64,000 nt of DNA from Nanobdellota archaeon (GTDB lineage Archaea; Nanobdellota; Nanobdellia; Pacearchaeales; GW2011-AR1): positions 19,226 to 83,225 of the forward strand of contig JAHIVP010000013.1 of assembly GCA_018816335.1 (NCBI GenBank). The letters are read 5' to 3'. The position numbers were made by a program, and so were the translations under genes. Below are positions 17,095-26,604 of this stretch, piece after piece. Below the pieces are notes generated by a model that ran no database searches, had not been told where the DNA came from, and worked only from the letters and a program-made list of their open reading frames with translations. The stretch's first letter is position 1, and the number at the start of each line of letters is the position of its first letter.

Positions 17095-17552
17095 CGTTTC
17101 TTTTTAACCCCCACAGCTCTACCTTTTTTTCTAAAATGGCTTCTAGTTCTTTGGCCTCTTGTTGGTTGCCCTAATGAATGTCTCAATCCCCTATAACTTC
17201 TTATCTTCTTTAATCTCTTAATATCAAATTCTTTTTTCAAATCAAGTTTACTAGTATTCAAATGAACTGAGTCTCCACTTTCTCTATCTTTCTGTCTGTT
17301 TAAAATATATTCTGGAAGCTTAGGACTTTCAACAAATTTTGTTATTTTCTCAATTTCTTCTTTAGTTATCTCAGAAACTTTTTTTGTTTTCTCAATTTTA
17401 AGAACATTACAAATAGCATTTGAAAAACTCCAAGAAACACCTTTAATTCGAGTTAATCCAGTATAGATATTTTTGCTCCCAGGAATATCAGTTGCCATAA
17501 TTCTAACTAGAACTTCTTCTTTCAATCCTTGTTCAGGTTTTTTTCCACTCAT
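17091..17552 (-). CDS. rps13: 30S ribosomal protein S13 (uS13)
   Basis: LTRIKGV, SYRGLRHSLGQPTRGQRTRS. Confidence 0.95.
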   Translation of the reverse strand: MSGKKPEQGLKEEVLVRIMATDIPGSKNIYTGLTRIKGVSWSFSNAICNVLKIEKTKKVSEITKEEIEKITKFVESPKLPEYILNRQKDRESGDSVHLNTSKLDLKKEFDIKRLKKIRSYRGLRHSLGQPTRGQRTRSHFRKKGRAVGVKKKR

Positions 17553-17560
17553 TGTTTGGG

Positions 17561-18097
17561 CTATTTGACAAATAAATTATGTCTTTGTATTTCTGTTAAT
17601 TCCTCAAAAATCCTTTTCTCCACAGCTTTTTTTGGGTCTGGAAGATTTGGGATTCTTTTTTTAATATCCTCAAAGCTTTTAAATTCTTTGGTTTTCCTTT
17701 CTTTTACAATTTCTTGCATATGTTTTTTTCCAAATCCAGGTAACAATTCTAATTGATGCAATCTTGTGTTTATTGCCTCTGCTTTATTAAAAAATTCAAT
17801 AAATTGATTTTCATCATCTGCTATTAGATTTTCAACATATTCACTTAATTGAAGTTTTGCAGATTCTGTTAACTTCTCTCTTGGTAATCTTCCTAAAATA
17901 TAATAAATCTTGTCTCGTTTTCCTTCACCAATATAAACTTTTTCTTTTGCTTCTAAAGAAACACCTTTTCTAGGAACTAATTGTAACAAAGTCATATTTT
18001 TTATGCCTAGAGCTTGAGCTACTGGAACCATTTTCCCCTCTAACGGATATCCGTAAGGTAGATAATCTAATATAATTGCATTTTCTTCTTTTTCCAT
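17561..18097 (-). CDS. DUF655 family nucleic-acid-binding protein
   Basis: ILDYLPYG, VYIGEGKRDKI, FFNKA..INTRLHQLELLPGFGKK; usual rpoF neighbour. Confidence 0.9.
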   Translation of the reverse strand: MEKEENAIILDYLPYGYPLEGKMVPVAQALGIKNMTLLQLVPRKGVSLEAKEKVYIGEGKRDKIYYILGRLPREKLTESAKLQLSEYVENLIADDENQFIEFFNKAEAINTRLHQLELLPGFGKKHMQEIVKERKTKEFKSFEDIKKRIPNLPDPKKAVEKRIFEELTEIQRHNLFVK

Positions 18098-18102
18098 TTT
18101 GT

Positions 18103-18177
18103 TCAAATTTGTTCATTCTTCCTCTGTGCGTAGGCACAGTCTCTGAATTTGAACAATTGAAAATTTATTATTTTCAT
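18103..18177 (-). mobile_element. Hairpin insertion carrying a 24-aa mini-ORF between rpoF and DUF655
   Basis: ORF MKIINFQLFKFRDCAYAQRKNEQI; stems TTGTTCAAATT/AATTTGAACAA and CTGTGC/GCACAG; shares CAAATTCAGAG with the 117-bp elements. Confidence 0.5.
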
Positions 18178-18182
18178 TTTTA

Positions 18183-18488
18183 TTACTTAACATATTTTTT
18201 TACTGTATCTAACAACAATTTTATCTCTTCCCCATCTAAATTAACATCTTGCAAAACTTTCATTAAATCAATTTCATCTTCAGGAGCAAAATCAACTATT
18301 TTAACAATATGTTCCTGGTTCAATTTCATCAACTTCAAACCTTCAAGTTCTTCTTTCAACTTAACAGCTTGATCTTCTTTCAATTTTGAAAACTTCTTTA
18401 AATAGTCTATAATCTCTTTATTTTCATCACTTTCTTTGATATACTTTTTAGCTTCTGTTAAATCTAGGGGTTTTGATTCTGTAATCAT
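18183..18488 (-). CDS. rpoF: RNA polymerase subunit F (Rpo4)
   Basis: PLDLTEAK..YLKKFSKL..VKIVDFAP; rpl21e-rpoF-DUF655 synteny. Confidence 0.88.
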   Translation of the reverse strand: MITESKPLDLTEAKKYIKESDENKEIIDYLKKFSKLKEDQAVKLKEELEGLKLMKLNQEHIVKIVDFAPEDEIDLMKVLQDVNLDGEEIKLLLDTVKKYVK

Positions 18489-18489
18489 T

Positions 18490-18741
18490 TTATTTTAATT
18501 TCCTCAAGTGAACAGGATGAATAACAAGTTCTTTTTCCATATTAAAATCTTTTAATTTAATAACATAACACTCTCCTTTTTTTCCTTCAACATTACCTGT
18601 TCTCCCATGAAACTTTTTTGGATATTTAGGAATTTCTGCAAGTTCTGAGATTATTGCTACCTTATCTCCTTTATCTAATTTTTTAAAGTATTCACTAAAT
18701 TTAATCTTCCCCCTAGTCCTTATTTCTTTTCGTTTTAACAT
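18490..18741 (-). CDS. rpl21e: 50S ribosomal protein L21e (eL21)
   Basis: GDKVAI, FHGRTGNV, IHPVHL. Confidence 0.92.
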   Translation of the reverse strand: MLKRKEIRTRGKIKFSEYFKKLDKGDKVAIISELAEIPKYPKKFHGRTGNVEGKKGECYVIKLKDFNMEKELVIHPVHLRKLK

Positions 18742-18905
18742 AGATACTCCTAACTAAATATTCTATTCAGTCTTAAAGAAATGTAAAGTTTCCAGTTTTT
18801 AAACCTTCCGATGTTTTTATGATTTCCTCATCGGAATGGCACTAAGATTTTAATCTTTAAACTTTCCTATCTTCCTATATTTTATTATTTAGAAGAATTA
18901 AAATC

Positions 18906-19103
18906 TCAATCTTTCAATTCTTGTGTATCTTTAGAAAATGAAATGCTTCCTTGATTCAAATTTCCTGTTCTTTCAGCTTTTTCCATATTCTCTTTTATTG
19001 CTTCTAACATTTTTCTCCCAAAAACTCCTTCTCCACACCTATCACAAAAATCAATTACACTTTCATCAGCAACATCAACTTTACAATATATACAACTTTT
19101 CAA
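18906..19103 (-). CDS. Small zinc-finger protein
   Basis: CIYC...CDRC; TTG start. Confidence 0.65.
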   Translation of the reverse strand: MKSCIYCKVDVADESVIDFCDRCGEGVFGRKMLEAIKENMEKAERTGNLNQGSISFSKDTQELKD

Positions 19104-19170
19104 TTTTTTCTCTTTTTTATTTAGATGTTAATTTTACAACTATCTTCTTTTTAAATTTTTGTATGATTAA

Positions 19171-20382
19171 TCATTCGTACCTTAATGCATCAACTGGTTT
19201 AAGTTTTGAAGCTTGCATTGCAGGCAATACTCCTGATAAACTTCCAATAAGAAATGAAAAAACTAATGCTCCGATAATTAAATACCATGGAAATGCAGCT
19301 CGTAATAAATCAGTTCCTAACCCTACTGTCGCTAAATACTCTGCTCCTTTTCCTAACCCAATCCCAATTAAAATTCCTATTGCCCCTCCAATCATCCCAA
19401 GCAACCCAGCTTCATATAAAAATAATTTTAAAATATCTGAATTTTTTGCCCCTATAGCTTTCATAGTTCCAATCTCTTTTGTTCTTTCTAATACAGAAGT
19501 ATACATTGTGTTTGCAATACCAACTCCTCCAACTAACAATGAAATTCCTGCAATTCCAATAAGCACTCCCTGAATAACTGCAAATATATCTGTAAATGTT
19601 TCTAATAATTGTTCAGAAGTTGCAACATTAAAAGTTTCTTGATCTTCTTTTTCTCCTCTTGATTTTCTTAATTTTCTTTCAATTGTATCAGCAACATCCA
19701 TAGGATCAAAACCTTTTGAAGTCTTAGCTAATATTTGGCTTTCTTCATCACCCACATTCAATATCTCTTTTAATGTTTCTTTTGGAACATGCATAATCCC
19801 ATCATCAATTGGATTTCCAATTTTTTCCATAATCCCAACAACTTTAAAATCATAATCTTCAATTTCAATTGTATCTCCAATTTCAACTCTTCTTTTCCAA
19901 ATATCTTTATACGCGTGATTGTAACCTACAACTACCTTGAATTTATCTCCATCTTTCAAACTTCTTCCTTCAATAACTTCAAACCCAGGCAAATCTTTTA
20001 GTATTTCTCTGTCTTTTGCACTTAATCCAGAAGCAAATCCAATCCCAATATCTCCTTTAAACTTAGCCTGTCCTTGCTTTACTAAAAACCCTACAGCCCA
20101 TTCAACCCCCCTTACATTTTCAATAATTTTTAAATCAACACTTGTTAGAATTAATGAATCACTTACAGCACTTCCAGGAGGCCCCATTCCTTTTGAACTA
20201 ATAATTATCTTATCACTTCCTAATTGCTCAAATTGTTCTTCTATTGCATTTTGTAAACCCTGCCCTAACGACATTAGGGCCACTACAGCAGCAATTCCTA
20301 TAAAAATACCAATCATAGTTAACCAACTTCTCAATTTCCTTCTTCTTAAGTTATTCAGTGCTAATAGAAAATAGTTTTTCAT
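19171..20382 (-). CDS. ABC transporter permease (MacB/FtsX family)
   Basis: RSWLTMIGIFIGIAAVV, ERTKEIGTMKAIGA, PVDALRYE. Confidence 0.93.
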   Translation of the reverse strand: MKNYFLLALNNLRRRKLRSWLTMIGIFIGIAAVVALMSLGQGLQNAIEEQFEQLGSDKIIISSKGMGPPGSAVSDSLILTSVDLKIIENVRGVEWAVGFLVKQGQAKFKGDIGIGFASGLSAKDREILKDLPGFEVIEGRSLKDGDKFKVVVGYNHAYKDIWKRRVEIGDTIEIEDYDFKVVGIMEKIGNPIDDGIMHVPKETLKEILNVGDEESQILAKTSKGFDPMDVADTIERKLRKSRGEKEDQETFNVATSEQLLETFTDIFAVIQGVLIGIAGISLLVGGVGIANTMYTSVLERTKEIGTMKAIGAKNSDILKLFLYEAGLLGMIGGAIGILIGIGLGKGAEYLATVGLGTDLLRAAFPWYLIIGALVFSFLIGSLSGVLPAMQASKLKPVDALRYE

Positions 20383-20396
20383 CGTAATTGAATTAA

Positions 20397-21251
20397 TTAA
20401 TACTCACTATTCTTTCTTCTCTTCTTAATAGATTTGTATAAAATATATATTAATACCAAGAATACAATTACTCCTACAACCATTAAAGTATTACTTTTTG
20501 ATATCAATCCCAATTCAACAGCTTGGTCTTGTGTGTAAGCTCTAACAACAACATTTTTGTTTTCTGTAATTTCTTTATTTTGTGAATCTCGATATTTAAT
20601 AGTTATAGGAAAATTAATATTTGAAGGTGAATTTTCATTAACAAATATATTAAACTCTGAAGAATCAAAATCATCACTATCAATATTTCCTATGTAAACA
20701 TTATCTAATCCTACTATTTTAATACCTGAACTTGGATTCAGTCGAACACTCAATAGTTTAGCATTTCCCAACCCTGAATTTGTTATTCTTATATTTAAAT
20801 TACTATTTTCTCCTTTAATTAATAAAGTATCCTCAATACTAACTTCAATCTTAGGATCAGCACTTATCATCAAACTTATCAATCCTTCACTTGTTTTTTC
20901 TTCATCATCAATCAGATATATTATCTTTACAGGAATTTTATATATCCCTGAATCAGAATCAGGAAAAGCAATCAAATTAAATTCCATTTCTTCACTATCT
21001 CCTTCATTAATCTCATCAATCAACTGCTCACTTGAACTTTGAAAAGGTGCAAAAGGAACATCTTTCAAATCTAACATCACACTAACATCTTTAGCATCAG
21101 CATTAAGATTATTATCAACTGTTAAAATTACACTAACTTTATCTCCAGGACTTATTTCAGAAGGAGAACTATCCACATCTGTAACACTTAAAGCTACAGC
21201 GAAATTTAATAAAAACATACTCATCACAATTAAACTTATTATTTTTTTCAT
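20397..21251 (-). CDS. COG1361-type S-layer-domain protein of the ABC operon
   Basis: Signal peptide, Ig-like repeats (PSEISPGD, YIGNIDSDD), C-terminal TM. Confidence 0.8.
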   Translation of the reverse strand: MKKIISLIVMSMFLLNFAVALSVTDVDSSPSEISPGDKVSVILTVDNNLNADAKDVSVMLDLKDVPFAPFQSSSEQLIDEINEGDSEEMEFNLIAFPDSDSGIYKIPVKIIYLIDDEEKTSEGLISLMISADPKIEVSIEDTLLIKGENSNLNIRITNSGLGNAKLLSVRLNPSSGIKIVGLDNVYIGNIDSDDFDSSEFNIFVNENSPSNINFPITIKYRDSQNKEITENKNVVVRAYTQDQAVELGLISKSNTLMVVGVIVFLVLIYILYKSIKKRRKNSEY

Positions 21252-21562
21252 CCTAAAACCTCCAAATCTATTCCACTATCTTGTGGAAAATCTCCTAATC
21301 TAAGTTTTATTCCTGGTTGTAATTGTATTGCTCCTATCCTATCTCCTTCAGGAAGTCTCCAAGTTCCGTTTGTTGATCCTAAATCTTCATAACTCCAAAC
21401 ACCCTCATTACTATAAAATTGTCCATGTCTTCTACTAACATCAAGATGAATCTTAGGGATTGGAATTTCAGGAACATTTTCTCCAATTTTTCTCCCTATA
21501 ATATCTTCATGATGAAGCTCATAATCTACAGGAGCAACTCCACTATGAACCCTAACTATCAT
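21248..21562 (-). CDS. FHA-domain protein
   Basis: IIGR, VSRRH, EDLGSTNGT: FHA conserved motifs. Confidence 0.85.
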   Translation of the reverse strand: MIVRVHSGVAPVDYELHHEDIIGRKIGENVPEIPIPKIHLDVSRRHGQFYSNEGVWSYEDLGSTNGTWRLPEGDRIGAIQLQPGIKLRLGDFPQDSGIDLEVLG

Positions 21563-22230
21563 TTTACAATCTCTCCATCTTTCAATTTAATTGTTCTTTG
21601 TGCTAATTTAGCAATCTCTAAATCATGAGTAACCATTATTATAGTCTTTCCTTCTTTGTTTAACTTTATAAACATTTGTATGATTTCTCTCCCTGTTTTA
21701 GAATCAAGGTTTCCAGTAGGTTCATCAGCAAGTATAACCTCAGGATCATTTGCTAATGCTCTTGCAATTGCAACTCTCTGTCTCTCTCCTCCAGACAGTT
21801 CATTAGGTAAATGATCCATACGATGTTTTAATCCAACTTTTGTTAACAACTCTCTTGCTCTTTCTTTTTGTTTAGCATCAGAAACCCCTTGAAAAAACAT
21901 AGGTAACATAACATTTTCTGTTGCTCTTAATGTAGGAATTAAATTAAATGTCTGGAAAACAAAACCAATTCTCCTTCCCCTTATTTGTGCTAACTCAGAC
22001 TCTCCTAAATGTTCAATATTTTTATCTCCAAGAAAAATATCTCCTTCAGTTGCTAAATCCAAAGCACCTACAAGATTCATCATAGTTGATTTCCCACTTC
22101 CAGAAGGACCAACAATTGCTATAAACTCTCCCTTTTTTATTTCTAAATTCACACCACACAAAGCCTCAACTATTGTGTCTCCCATCTTATACCTTTTGCA
22201 TACTTTATCAAGTTTTATTACTTCATTCAT
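21559..22230 (-). CDS. ABC transporter ATP-binding protein (LolD/MacB type)
   Basis: [27 protein letters not shown]; start MNEVIK at 22230. Confidence 0.95.
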   Translation of the reverse strand: MNEVIKLDKVCKRYKMGDTIVEALCGVNLEIKKGEFIAIVGPSGSGKSTMMNLVGALDLATEGDIFLGDKNIEHLGESELAQIRGRRIGFVFQTFNLIPTLRATENVMLPMFFQGVSDAKQKERARELLTKVGLKHRMDHLPNELSGGERQRVAIARALANDPEVILADEPTGNLDSKTGREIIQMFIKLNKEGKTIIMVTHDLEIAKLAQRTIKLKDGEIVK

Positions 22231-22354
22231 TTTATTTCTCCCAGAATAAATCTGAGGCACCAACCTCTTTAATCTTTCAACAATTATCAATATATAAAAT
22301 TATCCCTAAAAGCAAAAATTTATATACCTAAATTAAGCAACATTAATATAGAAA

Positions 22355-22555
22355 ATGATAATTCCAATGAGATGTTTTTCCTGTGGTAAACCAATTTCTC
22401 ACTTATGGGAAGAATACAAGGAAAGAACACAAGAAAAAAAAGAACAACCAAAAAAAGTTCTTGACGAGCTAGGCTTAGATAGACCTTGTTGCAGAGCTGT
22501 TTTTTTAGGACAAGTTGATCTAATTGATCAAGTTAACAAATTCAAGAAGTTTTAA
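22355..22555 (+). CDS. rpoN: RNA polymerase subunit N (Rpo10)
   Basis: MIIPMRCFSCGK...LGLDRPCCR. Confidence 0.95.
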   Translation: MIIPMRCFSCGKPISHLWEEYKERTQEKKEQPKKVLDELGLDRPCCRAVFLGQVDLIDQVNKFKKF

Positions 22556-22799
22556 TTTTATATCTAGAAACATTCCCACATTTCAAACACCTAACAATCT
22601 TAAGACTATTTTTAACTCTCACCTCACAATTAGAACTGTCAAATAAACTATAACAATTCTTACAAAATTTTTTCCTCAACTCTCCCAACTTAATCTTATT
22701 ATGCATCGCTAACCTTTTTATCTTTTGGACATCTTTCTCACTCTTTGCTTTATTAAGTAACTCTATAATCTCTTTTTTTGTTACCTTATCAAATTTCAT
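22542..22799 (-). CDS. rnp4: Ribonuclease P protein component 4 (Rpp21), short form
   Basis: KKFCKNCYS...VRCLKCGNVSRY zinc ribbon. Confidence 0.75.
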   Translation of the reverse strand: MKFDKVTKKEIIELLNKAKSEKDVQKIKRLAMHNKIKLGELRKKFCKNCYSLFDSSNCEVRVKNSLKIVRCLKCGNVSRYKIKTS

Positions 22800-22829
22800 A
22801 TATATAATTAGAATCAACAATATAAAAAA

Positions 22830-23177
22830 TTAATCATAATTTTTTGGTATTTCTCTATAAAAGGGCGTTTCAATCTTAGGATCTCTCACCTCTTTCTTAA
22901 GTATAACAAACTCTCGCTCATTAAAATGTGCCCTTCCATTAGTTCCAAGCTCTATAAATTCCCAAGCTCTTGTACTAATAAAAGCATCTTCATAGCCTTT
23001 TGGAACATAAGCTCCTGTTCCATAAATCTTAGCAACATCACATCTTAATCTATTTGGAGTTGCAACTCCGCCTCTTGCTCTTAAACATTTTACAATATCT
23101 TTTACTAATTGTCCATATCTACTATCGTCAAAAAGAACATCTTCACACCATATTGAAAATTTATCTATCTCTATCAT
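22830..23177 (-). CDS. Hypothetical protein
   Basis: ORF starting 5 nt after the stop of 23182..23550 (MIEIDKF). Confidence 0.6.
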   Translation of the reverse strand: MIEIDKFSIWCEDVLFDDSRYGQLVKDIVKCLRARGGVATPNRLRCDVAKIYGTGAYVPKGYEDAFISTRAWEFIELGTNGRAHFNEREFVILKKEVRDPKIETPFYREIPKNYD

Positions 23178-23181
23178 TTTT

Positions 23182-23550
23182 TTATTTATCAGGAGGAGTA
23201 GGTCTAGGAGTTTCATAAGCCATAACAATTTCAGGAGTAAGTTTTTCTTTTAATCTCTTAGCATAATCATTAGCTCTAGACCTCATGAGCTCATCAACTT
23301 CAGCCTCTTGATCAATATCTCTTATTCTCTGTCCTTCAGGGGCAGTTCCTTGAGTTCTTCCTCCAGGATTATTCATAGCCCAATTTTCTTGGATTAGATA
23401 GTGATTATCAATAAATCTAGCATTAATATCCCATATTAGTATCCGTTCGTCAATATCAAAATCAGGTGAAACCTCATACTTCCATCCTTGTTGTTTATCT
23501 CCTACTGTTCCTGTTCTTGTTATGTTAATTAATCTTTTAGCTGTTCCCAT
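23182..23550 (-). CDS. Hypothetical protein
   Basis: 122-aa ORF preceded by the AAGAGTTCTGATA motif. Confidence 0.65.
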   Translation of the reverse strand: MGTAKRLINITRTGTVGDKQQGWKYEVSPDFDIDERILIWDINARFIDNHYLIQENWAMNNPGGRTQGTAPEGQRIRDIDQEAEVDELMRSRANDYAKRLKEKLTPEIVMAYETPRPTPPDK

Positions 23551-23600
23551 CTTAATTTATCAGAACTCTTTTTTCTTTTTAGGGTTAATTAAATATTAAC

Positions 23601-23712
23601 AAGACAGCTTATTACTTTCCCATCTTGCGGGACAGTACAGGTAACAACGTGGAAGGCTTAGCTTCTGTGTTCGGAATGAGAACAGGCGTTTCCCAACCAC
23701 TATGGCCGTCTT
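23601..23712 (-). rRNA. rrf: 5S rRNA (stand-alone)
   Basis: ACGGCCATAG...CCTGTTCTCATTCCGAACACAGAAGCTAAG...GTACTG; terminal helix AAGACGGC/GCTGTCTT. Confidence 0.92.
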
Positions 23713-23818
23713 ACATTTCTTACATATTTAGGGTTTTTAAGGTTTTTGATTTTAGCAAGTTTTATAAATATTAAATTTATACTAAATTACCTTAGGAAGA
23801 AAGAGTTCTGATATCAAT

Positions 23819-24082
23819 ATGGCAGAAGATCCGAGATATAACCCAAAACAAGTAGCAGAGATTTGTAAATACTATTGATTTTATAGATTTGATTTTCAAA
23901 GAGCACAAAAAGCAATTGAAGAGGAAGATATCACTGGATTTAATGAGGCAATGAGAGAAATTTTAAGATATATAGAGCGGATTCCTTTGAAGGTTAGAGA
24001 AGAGTTAGGAATAGAAAATAAATTGCAAGAATTCAGAAAAAATGATCCTTCCTTACCTAGGGAAATTATCCCAATTAGATAA
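23819..24082 (+). pseudogene. 87-codon orphan ORF interrupted by one in-frame TGA (23876-23878)
   Basis: MAEDPRYNPKQVAEICKYY*FYRFDFQRAQKAIEEEDITG...IIPIR; same upstream motif as other orphans. Confidence 0.55.
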
Positions 24083-24125
24083 CAATAACAATAAACTTCT
24101 TAAGTATTATATTCTTAGTTCAATT

Positions 24126-24485
24126 ATGTTAAAAAAACAACAAATCAAACACATAATACTAACAGCAATATTAATGACAATAGGTTTAATCATTTTCAAA
24201 CATCTCCCTGAATATGTATATGGAAATAATATTCTTTTCGATGCTTCTCAACATGTTACAATCACAATCTTTGTTCTTTATGTTCTCTATTTTTTCATTG
24301 ACCAAAACAAATCATGGAAAATCCCATACTTTATTTTTTCAGCTGTAGTTATAATTATAATATCAATTCAAAGAATTTACTCAAATCACCATAATGAAAT
24401 AGGGATATTATTAGCACTATTAATTTCAACATCCTCAATTTTAATCTCTCATTATAAATACTTCAAAAATAAGTTAAAATTTTGA
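24126..24485 (+). CDS. Integral membrane protein (PAP2-like motifs, tentative)
   Basis: About four TM helices; ASQH and QRIYSNHH motifs. Confidence 0.65.
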   Translation: MLKKQQIKHIILTAILMTIGLIIFKHLPEYVYGNNILFDASQHVTITIFVLYVLYFFIDQNKSWKIPYFIFSAVVIIIISIQRIYSNHHNEIGILLALLISTSSILISHYKYFKNKLKF

Positions 24486-24593
24486 CAACAACATTTAAAT
24501 ACCTAAAATTTCTCACCTCTTTAACGGTTGTAGAAAACTGAATAAAGTATTGCTAAGAGTTGTAAGCAAAATGGATAATACATATAAGATAAC

Positions 24594-25547
24594 ATGGGAT
24601 CAAAAAGTGCACCAAGACGAGGTAGTTTACAATTCTACCCAAGAAAAAGATCAAGGAAGTTTCTACCTAGAGTGAACTGGACCCCTCTTTCTTCTACTAA
24701 ACCAATGTTAGGCTTTATAGGATATAAAGTTGCTATGGCCTCGATGTTGGTCAAAGATTCTACTGCTGATTCTCTTACAAAAAATAAAAATATCACAATC
24801 CCTGTTACAATTCTTGAGATACCTCCTATGAAAATTTATTCTGTTCGTTTCTACAAAGACAAATTATTAACTAACGAAATAATTCTAGACAATCCTGACA
24901 AAGAACTAAAAAAACTTATCAAACTCCCTAAAGATTATAAAATAAAATTAGAAGATGTTAAACCAGAAACTTTTGATGATTTAAGAGTTATGGCTTATTC
25001 TCTTGCAAAAAAAACATCACTAAAGAAAAAACCAGACATGACAGAATTCGCTTTATCTGGAGATGTAAATTCAAAATTAGAATTTATAAAAAATAATATT
25101 GGAAAAGAAATTTCTGGCTCTGATATTTTAACTGATTTAAAATTAGTTGATATAAGAGCACTTACAAGAGGAAAAGGATTAGTAGGTCCAGTAAAAAGAT
25201 TTGGAATTGGATTAAAATCTCACAAATCTGAAAAAGGAGTTAGACGTCCTGGAAATGTTGGTCCTTTCCATCCAGCAAGAGTTTCATTTAGGGTTCCAAT
25301 GGCTGGACAGTTAGGAATGTTCACAAGAGCACACTATAATAAAAAAATATTACAACTTGGAAAAATTTCTGAAAAAGATATTAACCCTCAAGAAGGATTT
25401 AGACACTTTGGAAAAATAAAAACAGACTATGTAATACTAGAAGGCTCTGTACAGGGCCCAGTAAAAAGACAAGTTTTACTAACAGCTCCTTTACGTCCAA
25501 CTAAAAAACAAGAAAAGAAAAATTATGAGGTTATAAGATTAGTTTAA
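24594..25547 (+). CDS. rpl3: 50S ribosomal protein L3
   Basis: PRRGSLQFYPRKR, GKGLVGPVKRFG, PMAGQLG. Confidence 0.97.
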   Translation: MGSKSAPRRGSLQFYPRKRSRKFLPRVNWTPLSSTKPMLGFIGYKVAMASMLVKDSTADSLTKNKNITIPVTILEIPPMKIYSVRFYKDKLLTNEIILDNPDKELKKLIKLPKDYKIKLEDVKPETFDDLRVMAYSLAKKTSLKKKPDMTEFALSGDVNSKLEFIKNNIGKEISGSDILTDLKLVDIRALTRGKGLVGPVKRFGIGLKSHKSEKGVRRPGNVGPFHPARVSFRVPMAGQLGMFTRAHYNKKILQLGKISEKDINPQEGFRHFGKIKTDYVILEGSVQGPVKRQVLLTAPLRPTKKQEKKNYEVIRLV

Positions 25548-25548
25548 A

Positions 25549-26361
25549 ATGACAAAGGCAAAAATACTAACAATCGAAGGAAAACCAGGAAAAGAAATAG
25601 AACTTCCACACTACTTTGGAGAAAAAATTAGAGAAGACATAGTTCAAAAGTTTTTTGAAACTTCAAAAAAACAACATCCTTATGGCCCAAATCCTTTATC
25701 AGGAAAAACTCATGCAGCATCAGGAAAACTAAGCCATCAAAGACACAAATGGAAAACAACTTATGGATTTGGAATTTCAAGAGTTCCAAGAAAAATTTTC
25801 TGGAGAAGAGGAACAAGATTCTACTGGGTTGGTGCTTTCATAGCTTCAGCTAGAGGGGGAAGAGCAGCTCATGCCCCAAAAATAGAACACTTTTTCACAA
25901 AAAAGAAAATCAACAAAAAAGAAATCCTAATTGCATTAAAATCTGCAATCTCAGCAACATCATCTCAAGAGTTAATAACAAAAAGATATTCTTCAATTGA
26001 AGATACAAAAAATATTAACTTTCCATTAATTGTCGAAGATAAAATCCTTAACCTAAAAACAAAAGAGTTCTATTTAGCATTACAAAAAATCCTTGGAGAT
26101 TTAAACAAACTAGCATTACAAAAAAAACAAGTTAGACCAGGAAAAGGAAAACTAAGAGGAAGAAAATACAAACAAAACGCAGGATTACTAATGATTATTG
26201 GAGAAAAAGAAAATTTAAAGATACAAGGAATAACAATAAGAAAAATTTCTGAAATTCAAATTAATGATTTATTTCCTCTAGGAAGATTAACATTATATAC
26301 TGAAAACGCAATCAACGAATTAAACAAGATAAGAGAATCAGATAAGGAAGATAAAAAATGA
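25549..26361 (+). CDS. rpl4: 50S ribosomal protein L4
   Basis: GISRVPR, ARGGRAAHAPK, GKGKLRGRKY. Confidence 0.95.
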   Translation: MTKAKILTIEGKPGKEIELPHYFGEKIREDIVQKFFETSKKQHPYGPNPLSGKTHAASGKLSHQRHKWKTTYGFGISRVPRKIFWRRGTRFYWVGAFIASARGGRAAHAPKIEHFFTKKKINKKEILIALKSAISATSSQELITKRYSSIEDTKNINFPLIVEDKILNLKTKEFYLALQKILGDLNKLALQKKQVRPGKGKLRGRKYKQNAGLLMIIGEKENLKIQGITIRKISEIQINDLFPLGRLTLYTENAINELNKIRESDKEDKK

Positions 26362-26603
26362 GCACACTAAAACCTATAACAACAGAAAAAGCAGTAAAAC
26401 TAATAGAAATAGAAAATGTATTGATGTTTGAAGTAGATAGAAGGCTAAATAAATTAGAAATAAAAACACAAGTTGAAGAAGCTTTTAATGTTAAAGTTGA
26501 AACTGTTAGAACAATGATAAGACTAAACGCCAAAATAGCTTATGTAAAACTTAAAAAACAAAATCCAGCAATTGATGTTGCAACTAAACTAGGAATGATG
26601 TAA
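26358..26603 (+). CDS. rpl23: 50S ribosomal protein L23
   Basis: PITTEKA, FNVKV, AYVKL. Confidence 0.95.
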   Translation: MSTLKPITTEKAVKLIEIENVLMFEVDRRLNKLEIKTQVEEAFNVKVETVRTMIRLNAKIAYVKLKKQNPAIDVATKLGMM

Positions 26604-26604
26604 A

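Noticed and set aside
18804-18836. Hairpin TTCCGATG...CATCGGAA upstream of rpl21e
   Set aside because: Single 8-bp stem with no second copy seen; insufficient to call an element or terminator
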